Positions 45,334 to 58,662 of a stretch of 64,000 nt of DNA are shown here, in pieces (the first letter of the stretch is position 1; every line of letters starts with the position of its first letter). This DNA is from Mobula hypostoma (lineage: Eukaryota), in the NCBI RefSeq assembly GCF_963921235.1, contig NC_086097.1, forward strand, positions 159,218,001 through 159,282,000, read 5' to 3'. The position numbers and the translations under genes are program-made. The notes under the pieces are model-generated. The model saw only the letters and a program-made list of their open reading frames with translations, was not told the DNA's origin and made no database searches.

Positions 45334-47087
45334 ATACAAACTTGTTCTTTGCCTCACATTGACAAACACAGTACTAAAAAAAAAACAAGTAGACACATTT
45401 CCCAGCTCCTCTGTTGTCCTTTCAATTAGTTTCTGGAGTTAAAAAACAAAAGTGGCAGGAAGGAAGTTTTAAAACATACCAGAGATGACTACCTACTCGG
45501 TGAATCTGGAGGAAAAAAGGCAGAGAATGGACAAAATTCACAAGTTCATAATCAGAGTATTGGGTGATAATAATAAATTTTTGAGAAGTGTAGAAATGGC
45601 TGGCTACATCAGAAAGAAAGATGCATTCATAGAGAGCTGGATGATATATACTGACCAAATTGAGCAGAGTTTTGAAGCAAATGAAGTAACCAATAGAAAA
45701 TGAATGCCAGTGTTGCTGAGTGCAATAGATGTCAAAAACATACAGTTTGCTTAGAAGTTTAACTCCTCCAACTAAACCAGCTGAAATGAGCTTTGTTGAT
45801 ATTGTGAATGTAATGCAGGAACATTTAGAACTGAAACCATTGCTGATTGCAAAACACTTTAGGTTTCAAAAGTGGAATAAAATGGAATTGCAGTCCTTTT
45901 CAGCTTGTGTGGATGAACAAAATAAAGTGTCTGAGCATTATCAGTTCAGAGATGGGCTTGATGATACACTGAGAGATTGTGGAGCTTGTGCAATCCTAGA
46001 AGAAAGCATTCAAAAATGGCTCCTAACTGAAGCACAACTCACATTCAGAAGAGGTGTTGAAATCGCTGTATTGATAGAAACTGCACAAAGTGTCACATTT
46101 GATTTACAGTCTGGAATGAAAGGGAGTGTGAAGAAAATTGCTGTGTCTAGCTGGAGGCCTGCCTGGTCGATTAAAATTGTTATCATACAGCAGACCAATG
46201 TAGATTTGAAGGTGAAACTTGCAGAAACTGCAACAAAGTAGGACAGATACAAAGAGCATGTGAGGCAGACTAAAATAAATGGACTGCACAGGGAAGAAAA
46301 AAAGATTTAAAAAGTCAAGCTACAGTTTTAAAAAGAGCATTAATCTTCATGTTGTTAATGAAAAATCTAATAATGATTGATGCAGGACTATGTAGCCTTA
46401 AGATTTAAAACGTGAAAACTAACAAGAGGCAACCAGCATGACTTACACCAGAAATGAATGGCAAATTAATTAAAATAGAATTGAACACTGGCTCAGCTGT
46501 TTCAGTCATTACACCAAGAAGAATTTTAATGACATATCAATGATGCTGAACTGCAGCCTGCAGCTATACAGTTAAGAAACTATACTGGGGAAAAGATAAC
46601 TCCTGTAGGAATGACATTTGTAACAGTGAAATACAACAACCAACAAGGCACATTGTGCTTGAATGAGCTAAATTTAGGAGGGCCAGCATGCAGGGCTATA
46701 ATTGACTGAGAGAACTACAATTTGATTGGAGATCCATTGACAATTTTCATGCAACATCCTCTGCAATACAATCAATTGCAAGCAAATTAAAAATGGTACT
46801 GGATGATGCCACAGCAGTGTCAAGGATGGCATTAGAAAACTCAAAACATCAAGGCACACTCAAGTTTTACCAAGCTCGTCTGGTTCCTCACACCATACAT
46901 AATAAAGTAGTCCGTGAGCTAGCTTGCACAGAGGCTGAAGGAAATCTTTCCAAGGTTGAGTGGAGCCCATGGGTTCCACAGGTTTCAGTAGCTATGAAGG
47001 ACGGGTCTGTCAGGATCTGTGGTAATTTGAAGGATATCATCAACCCAGTACTGAAATTAGATCAATACCTTCTGCCCAAGATAGAGC

Positions 47088-47281
47088 CACAAACAAGAGA
47101 AAATCTGCAGGTGCTGGAAATCCAAGCAACACACACATAAAATGCTGGAGGAACTCAGCAGGCCAGGCAGCATCATTGGGGGACTGGGGGTGGAAGAACA
47201 ATCGATGTTTCAGGCTGAAATCCTCCAGCAGGGTCCAAGGTCCAAGGTCCTGGCAAAGGGTTTTAGCCCAAAACATCGACT
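47088..47281. mobile_element. Short Penelope-terminus-related element with two inverted, decayed hammerhead-like motifs
   Basis: aaatgctggaggaactcagcaggccaggcagcatc head, then atcgatgtttcaggctgaaatcctccagcagg and its inverse cctggcaaagggttttagcccaaaacatcgact. Confidence 0.7.
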
Positions 47282-47700
47282 TTAATCCAAGCATCACTTA
47301 CTGTGGTCACACTATTGATGCACAAGAACTACACAAGTCCAGTGAGAAACTTCAAGAAGTAGTGCTTGCCCAAGGCCAAATGATAAGTGACAGTAGTGGT
47401 CTCAGGATTTTTCAATTACTATAACAGTTTCCTGTGAACCTGGCTACTGTGCTCCACTCCGAACTTATTACTGCAGATTGGGAAGAAATGGCAATGGACA
47501 AAGCAGTGTGAGGTGGCTTTCCAAAAGACAAAGGAAATTTTTATCATGCTCTTATTGCTGCAGAGAAAAATTACACATAGATTGACAGAGAAACTTTGAG
47601 TTTGGTTTGGGGCATGAAGCATTTCAATCAGTACCTGTGTGAGAGACGATTTGCCCTTTTTACTGATCATCAACCACTGGTGTCCATTTTCAACCCACAG

Positions 47701-48690
47701 TCTCTCAGATGGTGTCAGTGAACCACAGTGACATTCTGAGGGCTACATACAATACGTTTAAATATACCTCTTGAATTACTCTCACTGCAATCTGCAGTAT
47801 GCAATTTCCCTCCAAGCAATGTACTTTCAAATCACCTTAATGATCTATTGGCTTTACGGTCATCTGAAGGCTCGGTGGACCAAGCAGATGCAGCACCTTT
47901 AAATGGACGATAGTTGATCACTATGGTTGGAAGCAAGGCAGGAGTAGGGAACTTGAAGCCAAGCTGAAACACAAAGGGATGAGGACCCCTCTACCCAGCA
48001 TCTTGTAGCAAATGTGCAGTTGCTGGAAAACAAAATTGAGGACCTGAGGGCAAGATTGCTGTATTGAAGGGAAATGAGGGATTGTTGTGATTATGTTTGA
48101 GTGAGACATGACTTTCTCCCAGGATGCAAGATACAGTGATCAGACCAGACGGCTTCTCAGTTTACAGAACGGATCAAACTGCTGATTCACTAAAGGCAAA
48201 AGGTAGAGGTGTGTTTTGCATAATAAATTCTCAGTGGTGATCTGATGTGGCAGTTTTATTAAACTCACGTTCCCTGACCTTGACCACCTAATCATTAAAT
48301 GCTGTCCAATCTGTTTACCTAGGAAGTTCTCCTAATCTGGACCGCAATTTACATTCCACCAGTGGCCAACTATAATCAAGCGCTCATGATACAGCATGGT
48401 GCCGACTCTAAACAAGAAACTGTTCATCCCGATACATTTCAAACCATATTAAGGGGTCTTCAGTCAGGTTTGTTTAATGAAAACCTTGCTCAATTACCTT
48501 CAGCATATAACCTGTAGCACCAGAGGTCCCAACACACTAGACCACTGTTATATTAAGATAAGAAATGCCTACAGTTCCACACCCAGACTGCATTTCGGCA
48601 AATCAGATCACTTGGCTGTCCTTATAACCGCATACAGGCAGAGGCTAAATAACAAAGCTCCAAAAAATGCAGAGATGGTCTCTGTTTCTT
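47701..48690 (+). mobile_element. Rex1/Babar-type LINE endonuclease fragment nested in the Gypsy element
   Basis: ANVQLLENKIEDLRARL (about 48007-48060) and ORF 48477-48746 HITCSTRGPNTLDHCY...FGKSDHLAVL (AP endonuclease motifs). Confidence 0.8.
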
Positions 48691-51600
48691 GGAGGACACA
48701 ATTGCAAGATCAGTTTCAAGAGGACAGCTTATCACGGAAATGCTGATGTCCTTTTTACCCTTGAGAAAGGAAATGCCTGAAAAATTTACAAGAGGACACT
48801 TCTCTTGACGTATTCTTCCTAATACGGATTGAGATAATCCAAAGGGAAATCAGAAAAGACCTCACACAATCTCAGGTCTATGTGGCCACCCAAAATTGAT
48901 GGAATGTGTAGCAGTAATTCCAGTTCTCCCAATTTTACCAGCCCTGGGATGAATTTGCCCTTGATTGGGGTTGCAGGATGTGAGGATTGTACCATCCGAA
49001 CTGTAAGCTAAAATATTAGAGGAGCTACATGCATACCAGTCATCTAGGCATGATCAAAATGAAAGCATTGGTTCAAAGCTTTGTCTGGTGCTCTGTAAGG
49101 ATCTTCTGATCGAGCAGCTCTCCAAGCACTGTTCAGGATGCCGACGCATCCAGAAGAAGCCAAGAGCAGTACCTCTCCATCCCTGAGAATGGCCTGCATT
49201 GCCCTGCAAAGGATTATTGTGGATTTTGCCAGACCATTCATGGGCACATTTCTTGGTAGCAGTAAAAACAGCTACAGAGTGGCCAGAAGTGTTCCCAATA
49301 GCCTCCACTACATGATGTGTTGAGAAGCCTCTTCTCAAGGACTAGTGTTCCAAGGCAATTAATCAGTGACAATAGACCACAGTTTTTTGTGGAACAGTTT
49401 CAGCCATTGCTGAAAATGAATGGAATAAGACATAGTATATCTGTATCACGCAGTTATAAATGCCTTGGAGGAAAGGTTTGTCCAGAGTCTAAAGAGTGCA
49501 CTGCAAGCAATGTCAGCAGTACATAGACACTGAATCAGAAGCACGCCAATTTCCTCCTAACATACCATAATGCACAACACTCCACAACCAACAGCTCACC
49601 AGATATGCTGTTACTGGGTTATCCTTTGTGTTTACATCTGGATCATCCCAAATCCCAATCTCAGAAGGAGTTGCAAACAAGGAGCTTCAATGTTTCATTC
49701 CTGAACAAGTAGTGCTGGTGAGGGACTGGAGGTACTGAAAAGTAGGTAGTTGGAAAGATTAAGGACAGAACTGGTTCACTCTTACGCAGTGCTGATTGCA
49801 TCTGATATCATCTGGAGATGACTCATTGATCAGTTGATCAGTGAAGAGCCAATTGTTAGAGAAGAAAGGTGTCCAGAGCTATCAGAACCACTTTCTGCAG
49901 TCCCAGAGTCAACTCCTACAGCCACCACAGAGAAGGCCACAAAACCTGAGATTGTTTCACAGCCACAATTCTCCCCTGCCAAGCAGAGTGATCCCCCTTG
50001 TCAGGAAGGATTGTATTCCACAAGACTAAGAAATCCTCCATAATGATTAAATCTTTAGAGTTGAATGGGACAACAGATATAGATGTCGATATAAAGAAGA
50101 TGACTAGAGAGCAATATGTTACATATGTGAGTTGGGATGCATTCTACATTGAGTTGGAGTTCATAGCTGAGCAGCCAAGAGTGTATTGTATTTAATATTT
50201 CAGTAATATTGAAGTAATAAGGAAAAACTGAGTAAATACATTTTCCTGGCTCTTGTGCTTCCCTTTCAATTAGTTTCTGGAGTTACAAAGCGTAACACTA
50301 GCCACACAGTAATGAGTGCAGAGAGAATGGAGTATTGAGCTAAGCATGCATCCTTGCTGTATGCCAGTGCTGATTGCACGTTCCCACTTCTCGAAGTCAA
50401 TGACCAGGTCTTTTGTTTTGCTGACATTGAAAGAAAGATTATTGTCATGATACCATGGCACTAGGCTCTCTATCACTTTCCTGAATGGACATCAGTCTGA
50501 AAAATCAACACTTTTTTTGTCTCCCTCAACAAATTTGAGTTCTTCCACTATTGTCTGCTTGATCATAGATGTCTATCAAATCAGCACTGTGAATTTGGAA
50601 GTGAAAATTTACCTGACATGGTAGAGGATTGGCGGATAAACTTAAAATTTCATTGACATGATTTTGATGTCATGAGAGAGATCTTGAGAACATTTCAAGA
50701 GTCTGCCATTTTATCTTGTAAGCTCAATAAAGAAGATGACTAAAACTCTATGAAGGAATACATCCTGAATTACAACATTAATAAGAACAGCAGGAGACTC
50801 TAAAGGCATCAACACTTTTGTTTTCCAAGTGGCTGGTTCCCTCAGATAGAAGCAATCACTGATATATAAGAAATATTATTGCTCCATCAGTATGCAAATT
50901 GTATGCAATTGTAACAAAAACAATACACATCAGTGCAGGGTTCGTGAGACAAACATATGAAGCTTTCATTCAGAGACAATCAATAGTAAAGCAACTCTTG
51001 ACAAAGGATGGAAAGGATGAAAGAGGTTCCTTTGGGATTCAATAATTCCAAAGGAATAATTCAATAATTCTCCCATGCAGTATCCTTAGTGTTTATGGTT
51101 TTAATTCCCCCAATGCGCTATCAAGATTTGGCTTAAACCACATTTTAACTCCATTCTTAAGACCAGTATTAAGAAACTGTTGTGTGGTAACTGAGACAAA
51201 AAACCCAAAGAAAAACAGATAATTTGAGTTGAAGTAAAGGTCTGCAGTAATTTAACTAAATGGCAGAGAAAGGTCAAAATGTTGAAATGCCTAATTCTAC
51301 TTCAGGTTTATTGTCATGTGCATACATACACACAAGATATAAATGTCATGAAAATGGGCTTTTTGTAATGTCAGCACAAAACATTGAAACATGACAAACA
51401 TAAATTACCTAAACATAAATTAAAATAATTTAGACGTAACTAATGCAATATAATAAACAAAACAGTAACATAACATTAGTGTAAATTGAGTATACTCTGT
51501 GGCAGAATTAGGGCCTTTAAGAAGGGTTCAAGAGCATGATGTGAGAAGCCGTAGCTAACCTTGAAGAGTGGGTCTTCAAGCTCCTGTACCTCATGTACCT

Positions 51601-52599
51601 GGATACTATGTTAATGCTGTGGTGCTCAGCACTTGTCCTGAGATCTCCTGGTATACAAGTTTACCAGTGTCCCAGCTTTAGAATATCAAATAACCAAGGT
51701 ATATTCCTGAAATTCTGTAATTGTATAATAAAAAATATTCTGCTCAAATCTGAAACACTTCGTTATTTTAGCACAAAATTAATGTAAATGGATTAAAGAG
51801 CACAATAAAGAATTTCTGGAATGTATACTGAGTTTTCATTTGGCACTGTGTGATTCTTTGCCTTAAACTCCTTTAGTGTAAAATATTAATTGTATTTGTT
51901 AGTTTTTAAGGTTTCTCGGTGAAGACCAGGCAATATGACATTGCCATTCATTTTACAAAATGCAGCTAATAACCTCGTCACTAAGTGATGTCTCATTTAA
52001 ACAAACTTACTGACTTCCAAGCTTTAGTTTGCACCACAGGATGAAATGTTGCAAAAATCAATTAGTGCAAGAGGCCAGCTGTCAAATATATGTCTTGTGT
52101 ATTTATGAAGTATTTGGATTTCCCTCAGCTGTTGTAACCTTCAAGATGAAAATCTGTCAATATTCTGAAGATTCCCCTTTAGCTGGAGAACCCTCTTTGC
52201 TGTCGGCCATTTAATAGCTTTCTGGGAACAACTATGGTGGTAGTGACTGAGCTCTGTCCATGTAACTTCAAACAAACTAAAGGCAGATGAAGCTGCAGAA
52301 AGGAAGGAGCTGTATCCTTTGGGCAGCATTTAACTGCTTTCAAGGAATGTAATACAGGAATGCTGTGGATTTTTGGAGTTTAGATCCAAAGGCAAGGTAT
52401 CTAAAAGTGTTTGGTTCTTATAATCTTTCAACAGCAATTTCTTCAAGGTCTTCAGGTCCACTGCCACAGAAAAGTCTGGGAAACTTCTTTCATTGCTGAT
52501 TGAGATTAACACTTACATTTAAAGAAGATTCCCTCTGCCCACTAGCATCCCTTCATGTTTTGCAGGAGGTTTAAACTGAATGGTAACTCCATCAATAGA

Positions 52600-52910
52600 G
52601 TGGGGGAAACAGTGACTCTGCTGCTCAATGCTCCAGTGCCCTACGTTCAGTCCTGACCTTGTCTATGGAGTTTGCACATTCTTCTTGTATCTGTGTGGGG
52701 GGTTTTCCAGGTGTTTCGGTTCTCTCCCACACCCTAAACGTGTGCGACTGTAAATAGCCACTGTAGTAGAATCCAGAGTTGGGAGGAGATGACAGTAAAA
52801 TGAGGGATTAAAATGTGTTTAGTTTATGATGAGTTTAAATGGTTGCTTGATGGTTGGTGTGGATGTAATGGGCCTAAGGGCCTGTTTCTGTGAAGTGTGT
52901 CTCTTTATGA
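52600..52910 (+). mobile_element. V-SINE-like element with CR1-type tail
   Basis: tgtctatggagtttgcacattct...gtggg...ccaggtgtttcggttctctcccacaccctaaac central domain and tail gggcctaagggcctgtttctgtg. Confidence 0.7.
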
Positions 52911-53998
52911 CAAGTGTTAAGCTTTGAAACATTAATATCACCCTGTGCGATCTCAAGTCCTGAATCATCAGCTAAGGGTAATATTCAGCAATTGACTGAT
53001 GTTTATTAATGTCAAAAGAATTACCCAACAATGTCATCATTGTAGACCAGCACTGACTTTGTAGGTATTGCCTTATAATTGCTTTATGATGTTAGTGCAC
53101 CCGTTCACTGCACACTATGGATCCCAAGCATAATAATAGTGTTAATACCTTCATTTTTCTCTGGCTTTTACAAGTAATACAGATGATAAACAATTTCTCA
53201 GCTGGAAGGAAAACTATATTATGTGGTGGAGAAATAAAGAAAAAATATTCCACTTATCTGCTCAGCAGGACTTTTCTTTATCAGATCCTGGAAGGCAGAA
53301 ATAAGGAAACTAGAAGCTCTATTTACATCATCAAGTCAGATTTTAAATTAGCAGGAGGGTTTAGAACCCCCAAATGATGAAAGATATAAATCAGTATCAT
53401 AAAATGATCTTTACCCTGAACTTGATCTCGAATTGGACACAAGACCCAAATATGACCCGTACCATGGGATATGCCTTGCTGGTAGTATAAACTTAATCAG
53501 AAAAAAGACAGAATGCACTTTTCATGATGCCTGGACTTCATAAAACTCTTCAAAGCCAATCACTGCTCTAATATAGAAATAGGACTGTCAATTTCTGCTC
53601 AGCCAACCTCCAGAAAGGAAATGTTATATTGACAAAATAACGTGATTTTGATTGAGGGGTAAATAATGGCCATCTCCTGTTCTTCTAAGCTGCAGTATAA
53701 GAGCTTTAACTTGCTGCTAAGAGTGTCTCAGATTAACATCTCATCCAAAACACACAAAACCCATTACATTTAATGAATCCATATTGAGAGAATACAGAGC
53801 TGAGGTATTGTCAGGAATGTTGCTTTTCAGATCAAATCACGATCTGCTTGCTAAGTGCTATAAATATCCCCCTGGAAACTGGGTTTAAGGCTTGTACCTT
53901 CCCTTCAATCAAAAAAGCAAAACAGATTCATTGGTTCTTTTTCTCACAGCTATTTGTGAAATCCTGCTATATTATTGTTCCTGGCTGAGAGATTACTT

Positions 53999-54400
53999 TA
54001 GACCATAAGACATAGAAGCAGAATTAGGCCATTCAGCCCATCGAGACTGTTCCAGCATGTTATCATGATTGATTCTTGTTTCAACTCCATTTTCCCACCT
54101 TTTACCCTGTAATGGTTAAAACCATTACCAATTAGGGGCCTATCAGTCTCTTTCTTAATTATACCCAATACCCAATGGGTATAATTGGGACTTAATTATA
54201 CCCAACCAGTCAATTGCATCTGTTGTGTATCGTACTTCTAAATTATACCTTAATTATACTCATTCTCCATAAATCTGTGTCAACAAATTCCACAGATTCA
54301 ATTCCCACTCGGTGAAGACATAACTCATCATCTCAGTTCTAAAGGAACAATCTTTTATTCTGGGGCTGTGCCCTCGGATCCACTTGACTGTCTTACTAGT
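53999..54400 (-). mobile_element. CR1 3' fragment with local rearrangement
   Basis: Starts tagaccataagacatagaagcagaattaggccattcagcccatcgag (reverse complement of the CR1 tail) and continues into ORF2 C-terminal sequence. Confidence 0.8.
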
Positions 54401-54638
54401 AGTATTACTACTAATAGCAATTTAAACTAGATTTATGTTTAATTTACTCATTCAGAGGATGCAGACTTCGCCAGCATTGCAGCATTCATTTTCCATCCCT
54501 GATAGGGAAGTTAATAGTCAATTGCATCTGTTGTGTATTGTAACTTCAAAACATAAAACTAATTGCAAGAGAAACAAGGGAGTTGGGATTGGTTTATGCA
54601 CATTTAGTTTTGCTTTTACTTTAAGAGAGGAGCACATA

Positions 54639-55478
54639 CAGTGGCATGCAAAAGTTTGGGCACCTCAGTCAAAATTTCTGTTACTGTGAATAACTAAGCG
54701 AGTAAAAGATGAACTGATTTCCAAAAGGCATAAAGTTAAAGATGACACATTTCTTTGTTATTTTAAGCAAGAAAATTTTAAAATTTCCATCTTTCACAGT
54801 TTCAAAAGAACAAAAAAGGAAAAGGGCAAGAAGCAAAAGTTTGGGCACCCTGCATGGTCAGTACTTAGTAACACCCCCTTTGGCAAGTATCACAGCTTGA
54901 AAACACTTTTTATAGCTAGCTAAGAGTCTTTCAATTCTTCTTTGGGGGATTTTCGCCCATTCTTCGTTGCAAAAGGCTTCTAGTTCTGTGAGATTCAAGG
55001 GCCGTCTCGCATGCACTGCTCTTTTGAGGTCTATCCACAGATTCTCGATGATGTTTAGGTCAGGGGACTGTGAGGGCCATGGCAAAACCTTCAGCTTGTG
55101 TCTCCTGAAGTAGTCCATTGTGGATTTTGAGGTGTGTTTAGGTTCATTATCCTGTTGTAGAAGCCATCCTCTTTTTATCTTCAGCTTTTTTACAGACGGT
55201 GTGATGTTTGCTTCCAGAATTTGCTGATATTTAATTGAATTCATTCTTTCGTCTACCAGTGAAATGTTCCCCGTGCCACTGGCTGCAACACAAGCCCAAA
55301 GCATGATCGATCCACCCCTGTGCTTAACAGTTGGAGAGGGGTTCTTTTCATGAAATTCTACACCTTTTTTTTCTCCAAATATATTTTTGCTCATTGCGGC
55401 CAAAAAGTTCTAATTTAACTTCATCAGTCCACAGGACTTGTTTCCAAAATGCATCAGGCTTGTTTAGATGTTCCTTTG
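54639..55478 (-). mobile_element. Tc1-like transposon, 3' half (DD34E catalytic domain, IR/DR-type end)
   Basis: TA then TIR cagtggcatgcaaaagtttgggcacc, with the inner repeat gcaaaagtttgggcacc near 54832-54848. ORF 54858-55403 with QQDN...SPDLNIIE (34 residues between D and E). First Asp (VLWTDE) lies in a shifted frame near 55420-55438. 5' half missing. Confidence 0.93.
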
Positions 55479-55479
55479 A

Positions 55480-57537
55480 ACCTTTTGAATAGAAGGGTGG
55501 GTTTCATTCTGCTTGCCATGGGAAACTTGTGGCTGTGAAAAAATCTCGGGTTCTGGGACTTCCTTTGTGGTGGTCATAGGGGTTGACTCTGGGACTGCAG
55601 GAAGTAGTTCTGACTGCTCTGAAACCTTTCTTCTGGACTTGCTAGCATCCTAAACAGTGGATGGCAAGCTTCACTGGACAATATGGATCATAACGTGGGA
55701 GTAGAGTGCCTGAAGTCACCATTTCCTCCTCACACTGCTTTTCTCATTGCCTTTTCTTCCCGATCTGTAGTAATGAGTTCAGGGGTGGCGCATTCTAGCC
55801 AGATGTAGCAGGAAGCTGTTATAGTAGTTAACAAATTTTATAAAGGACTACAACCGTGGCATGTCCCTTGGCTTTGGGGCATCCATCACTGCTGAATTTT
55901 CTCAGCACACTGATGTAATACTGTGTGTCAGTGGTGTGACCACAGTAAGGGATGCATGGATTAAAGAATTCACACTGGTTGTATCATGCAATGAGCCCAT
56001 TAACTTTTAATATTTTTAACACTGCTTTGAGATTTTGGAGGTTATCCTTGTTATCCTTACTGGTAAGGATGTCATGAAGGTACCATTGAGCACCTGGGCA
56101 GACTTGCAACACCTGGTGCATAGCTTTCTTCCAAAGTGCAGGTGCAGATGCTACTCTAAAAGTAAGTCTATAATAACAATGAAGCCCTTTGTGAGTGTTT
56201 ATGGTGAGAAACACTTTGAACTCTTCTTCCATCTTCATCTGTATGTAGGCCTCAGCCAAGTTCACTTTGCTGAAGTGTTTTCCTCCAGAAAGGTCTACAA
56301 AGGTATCGTCTATCCTGGGCAGAGGGTATTAGTCTACCTTTAGTACAAGGCTGATGGTGACCTTAACATCACCACAGATCCTGACAGATCCATTATTCTT
56401 GGCTACTCGGAACACTGGCATTGCCCACGGGCTCCACTCTACTTTAGAAAGAATTTGTTCAGCCTCCATGTGACCTAGCGCACAGACTTTTTAGCTTTTT
56501 CGTATCTCTGTGCAGTCCATTTATTTTTGTCTGTATGTTTCCGACTTTGTTACATTTTCTTCAATTTTCACCTTTAAACCTGTATTGGTTTGCTGTACGT
56601 GACCCTCTGCCACAATAGTTATAAAATTTGTTTGGCCAGGCTGGTTTCTGTTTAGACATTGCAATTTTGTTCATGCTTACTTTCATTCCTGACTGCAACT
56701 TAACTGTGTCTCTGTCTGCTGTTTCCATTGATACAGCTAATTCAAATGTTCTTTTCAACGTAATTTGTGTTCAGTTAGGAGCTGTTTTTGAATGCTTTCT
56801 TGTAAGATTCCACAAACTAAATGATCTCTCAGTACAACATTAAGCCCATTACCGAACTGACAATGCCCATAGAACTTCTTCAATTCAGCCATGTATGCTG
56901 AAATGGTCTCCCCTTCCTTCTGATTCCACTTATGAAACCTAAAGCATTCTGCAATCAACAACGGCTTTGTTTTTAAATCTTCCTGCATAGTTTCATGACA
57001 TCAGCAAACATCATTTCAGCTGGTTTGGTTGGAGCAGTTGAACTTCTAAGCTAACTATATTCCTTAAACCCAATGTACTCAGTAAACCTGGGACTCACTC
57101 CACATTGGCTATTTAATTTGTTTCAATATGTGGCTCAGTCATTCCGAATTCAGCAGCCAGCTGCGCTGCTTTTTTTATAACTTGATTGTTCCTATTGCAC
57201 TTTTTGTAAAATCAAACGTCTCACTGCGCTTCAACAGATAGGCTGTCATCTCGAGTTTGTTTGTTTAACAGAACATAACTGCCTCTGTTATGTTTTGTAA
57301 CTTCTAAACATAAAATTAATTGCAAGGGCAACAGGGAAGCTTGGAATAAGTTGTGTATGTTTAGTTTCATTTTTGCTTTAAGTGAAGCACATGAATAACA
57401 CATGGTGGCACAAATGTGTACGCTATTTACATACTTTTACATAGAACCTGGAATGTATTACATAAACAACAAAGAATGCTTAATCAAACACGTATTAACA
57501 ACATTACTCAAATATTACTAAAATATTAAATATACAA
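55480..57537 (-). mobile_element. Degraded Mag-type Gypsy element, same family as 42789-50298
   Basis: gag ORFs 56561-56988 (KPLLIAECFRFHKWNQKEGE, LRDHLVCGI), RT ORF 55984-56265 (LTINTHKGL..Y.RLTFRVASAPA), LTR-like AT-rich segment 57285-57537. Confidence 0.85.
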
Positions 57538-58662
57538 AGGCATCAACAGATCTTCAGTCACACACAGGGCAGAACAAATAATAATGTTTTGTTCCTTGAA
57601 GGGCATCAATTTGATCACCACATGAGCACCTTGCCCTTTGCTTCCTCTCTGCATGTGAGAAGGAAGAAAATGTGGATTTCAGAGAGAAAGAAAGCAAGTC
57701 AGGAAATGGGAGATGAGCTAAGGATTTTGGATTTAGACCTGAAGATGCTTGTAGAAGTAGGTAAAACTGAAGCATAGAAGAGAAGTGATCTTAAAAACTG
57801 GGTAATGATTCTAAATGGAATGAAGATTGGTTATGAATTATTGGAGAATTCTGTCTTCTATGAAGATGGAAAACATAAGGGTAAATCTGGTGCCCAACTC
57901 GTACTGAATATGATTTTATTTTACTTTGAAGTGGAGGGAAGGGAAACTGACTGAACCTAGGGTGTTGATTATTTTCACCAAAATAAAGCAGTTTTCTCTC
58001 CATGAATGTTGGTGAAGTGGCATCCAACAGCAATTGTTAAGGTCATGTTGATCAGGCACTGTAAACAGAATGTTCATATTTGGTCCATGTGACTGCAAGA
58101 CATAGGATCAAAATTAGGCCATTTGGCCCATCGAGTCTGCTCCTCCAAACAGTCATGGCTGATACTTTTTTTCCCTCTCCTCAGTCCCATTCCCCAGCCT
58201 TTGCCCCATAACCTTTGATGCTGTGGCCAATCAAGAACCTACCAATCTCCACTTTAAATACTCCCAATGACCTGACCACCACAGATGCTTGTGGTAGCAA
58301 ATTCACCACCCTCCAGCTAAAGGAATTTTGTTGCTTAGTTTTAAATGGACACTCCTCTATCCTGAGGCTGTGTCCTCTTTTCCTAGACTCCCACACCATG
58401 GGAAATATCCTTTCTACATCTACTCAATCTAGGCCTTTCAACATTTGAAAGGTTTCATTGAGATCTCCACCTCATCCTTCTAAATTCCCGTGAGTACAGG
58501 CCTAGAGTCTTCAAACGTTCCTCATATGATAACCCTTTCATTCCTGGAATCATCATTGTGAATCTCCACTGAAACCCATCCGATGTCATCACATCTGTTC
58601 TCAGATAAGGAGCCCAAAACTGTTCACAATACTCAAGGTGAGGCTTCTCCAGTGCTTTATAA

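Larger units (their letters stand above)
42789..50298 (+). mobile_element. Heavily degraded Mag-type Gypsy element with several nested insertions
   Basis: gag remnants (MAGYI, TYSLLRSLTPPTKP, KPLLIAKHFRF; 45596-46241), protease-like ELNTGSAVS, RT start (DGSVRICGN), integrase pieces (VDFARPFMG, LISDNRPQF). LTR pieces at 42789-42818 plus 45334-45450 and at about 50184-50298 share ttgtatttaata and ttcaattagtttctggagtta. Confidence 0.8.

Noticed and set aside
52141..52512. Two abutting ~60-aa minus-strand ORFs in unique sequence
   Set aside because: Short, separated by a stop, no recognisable domain or consistent splice signals.
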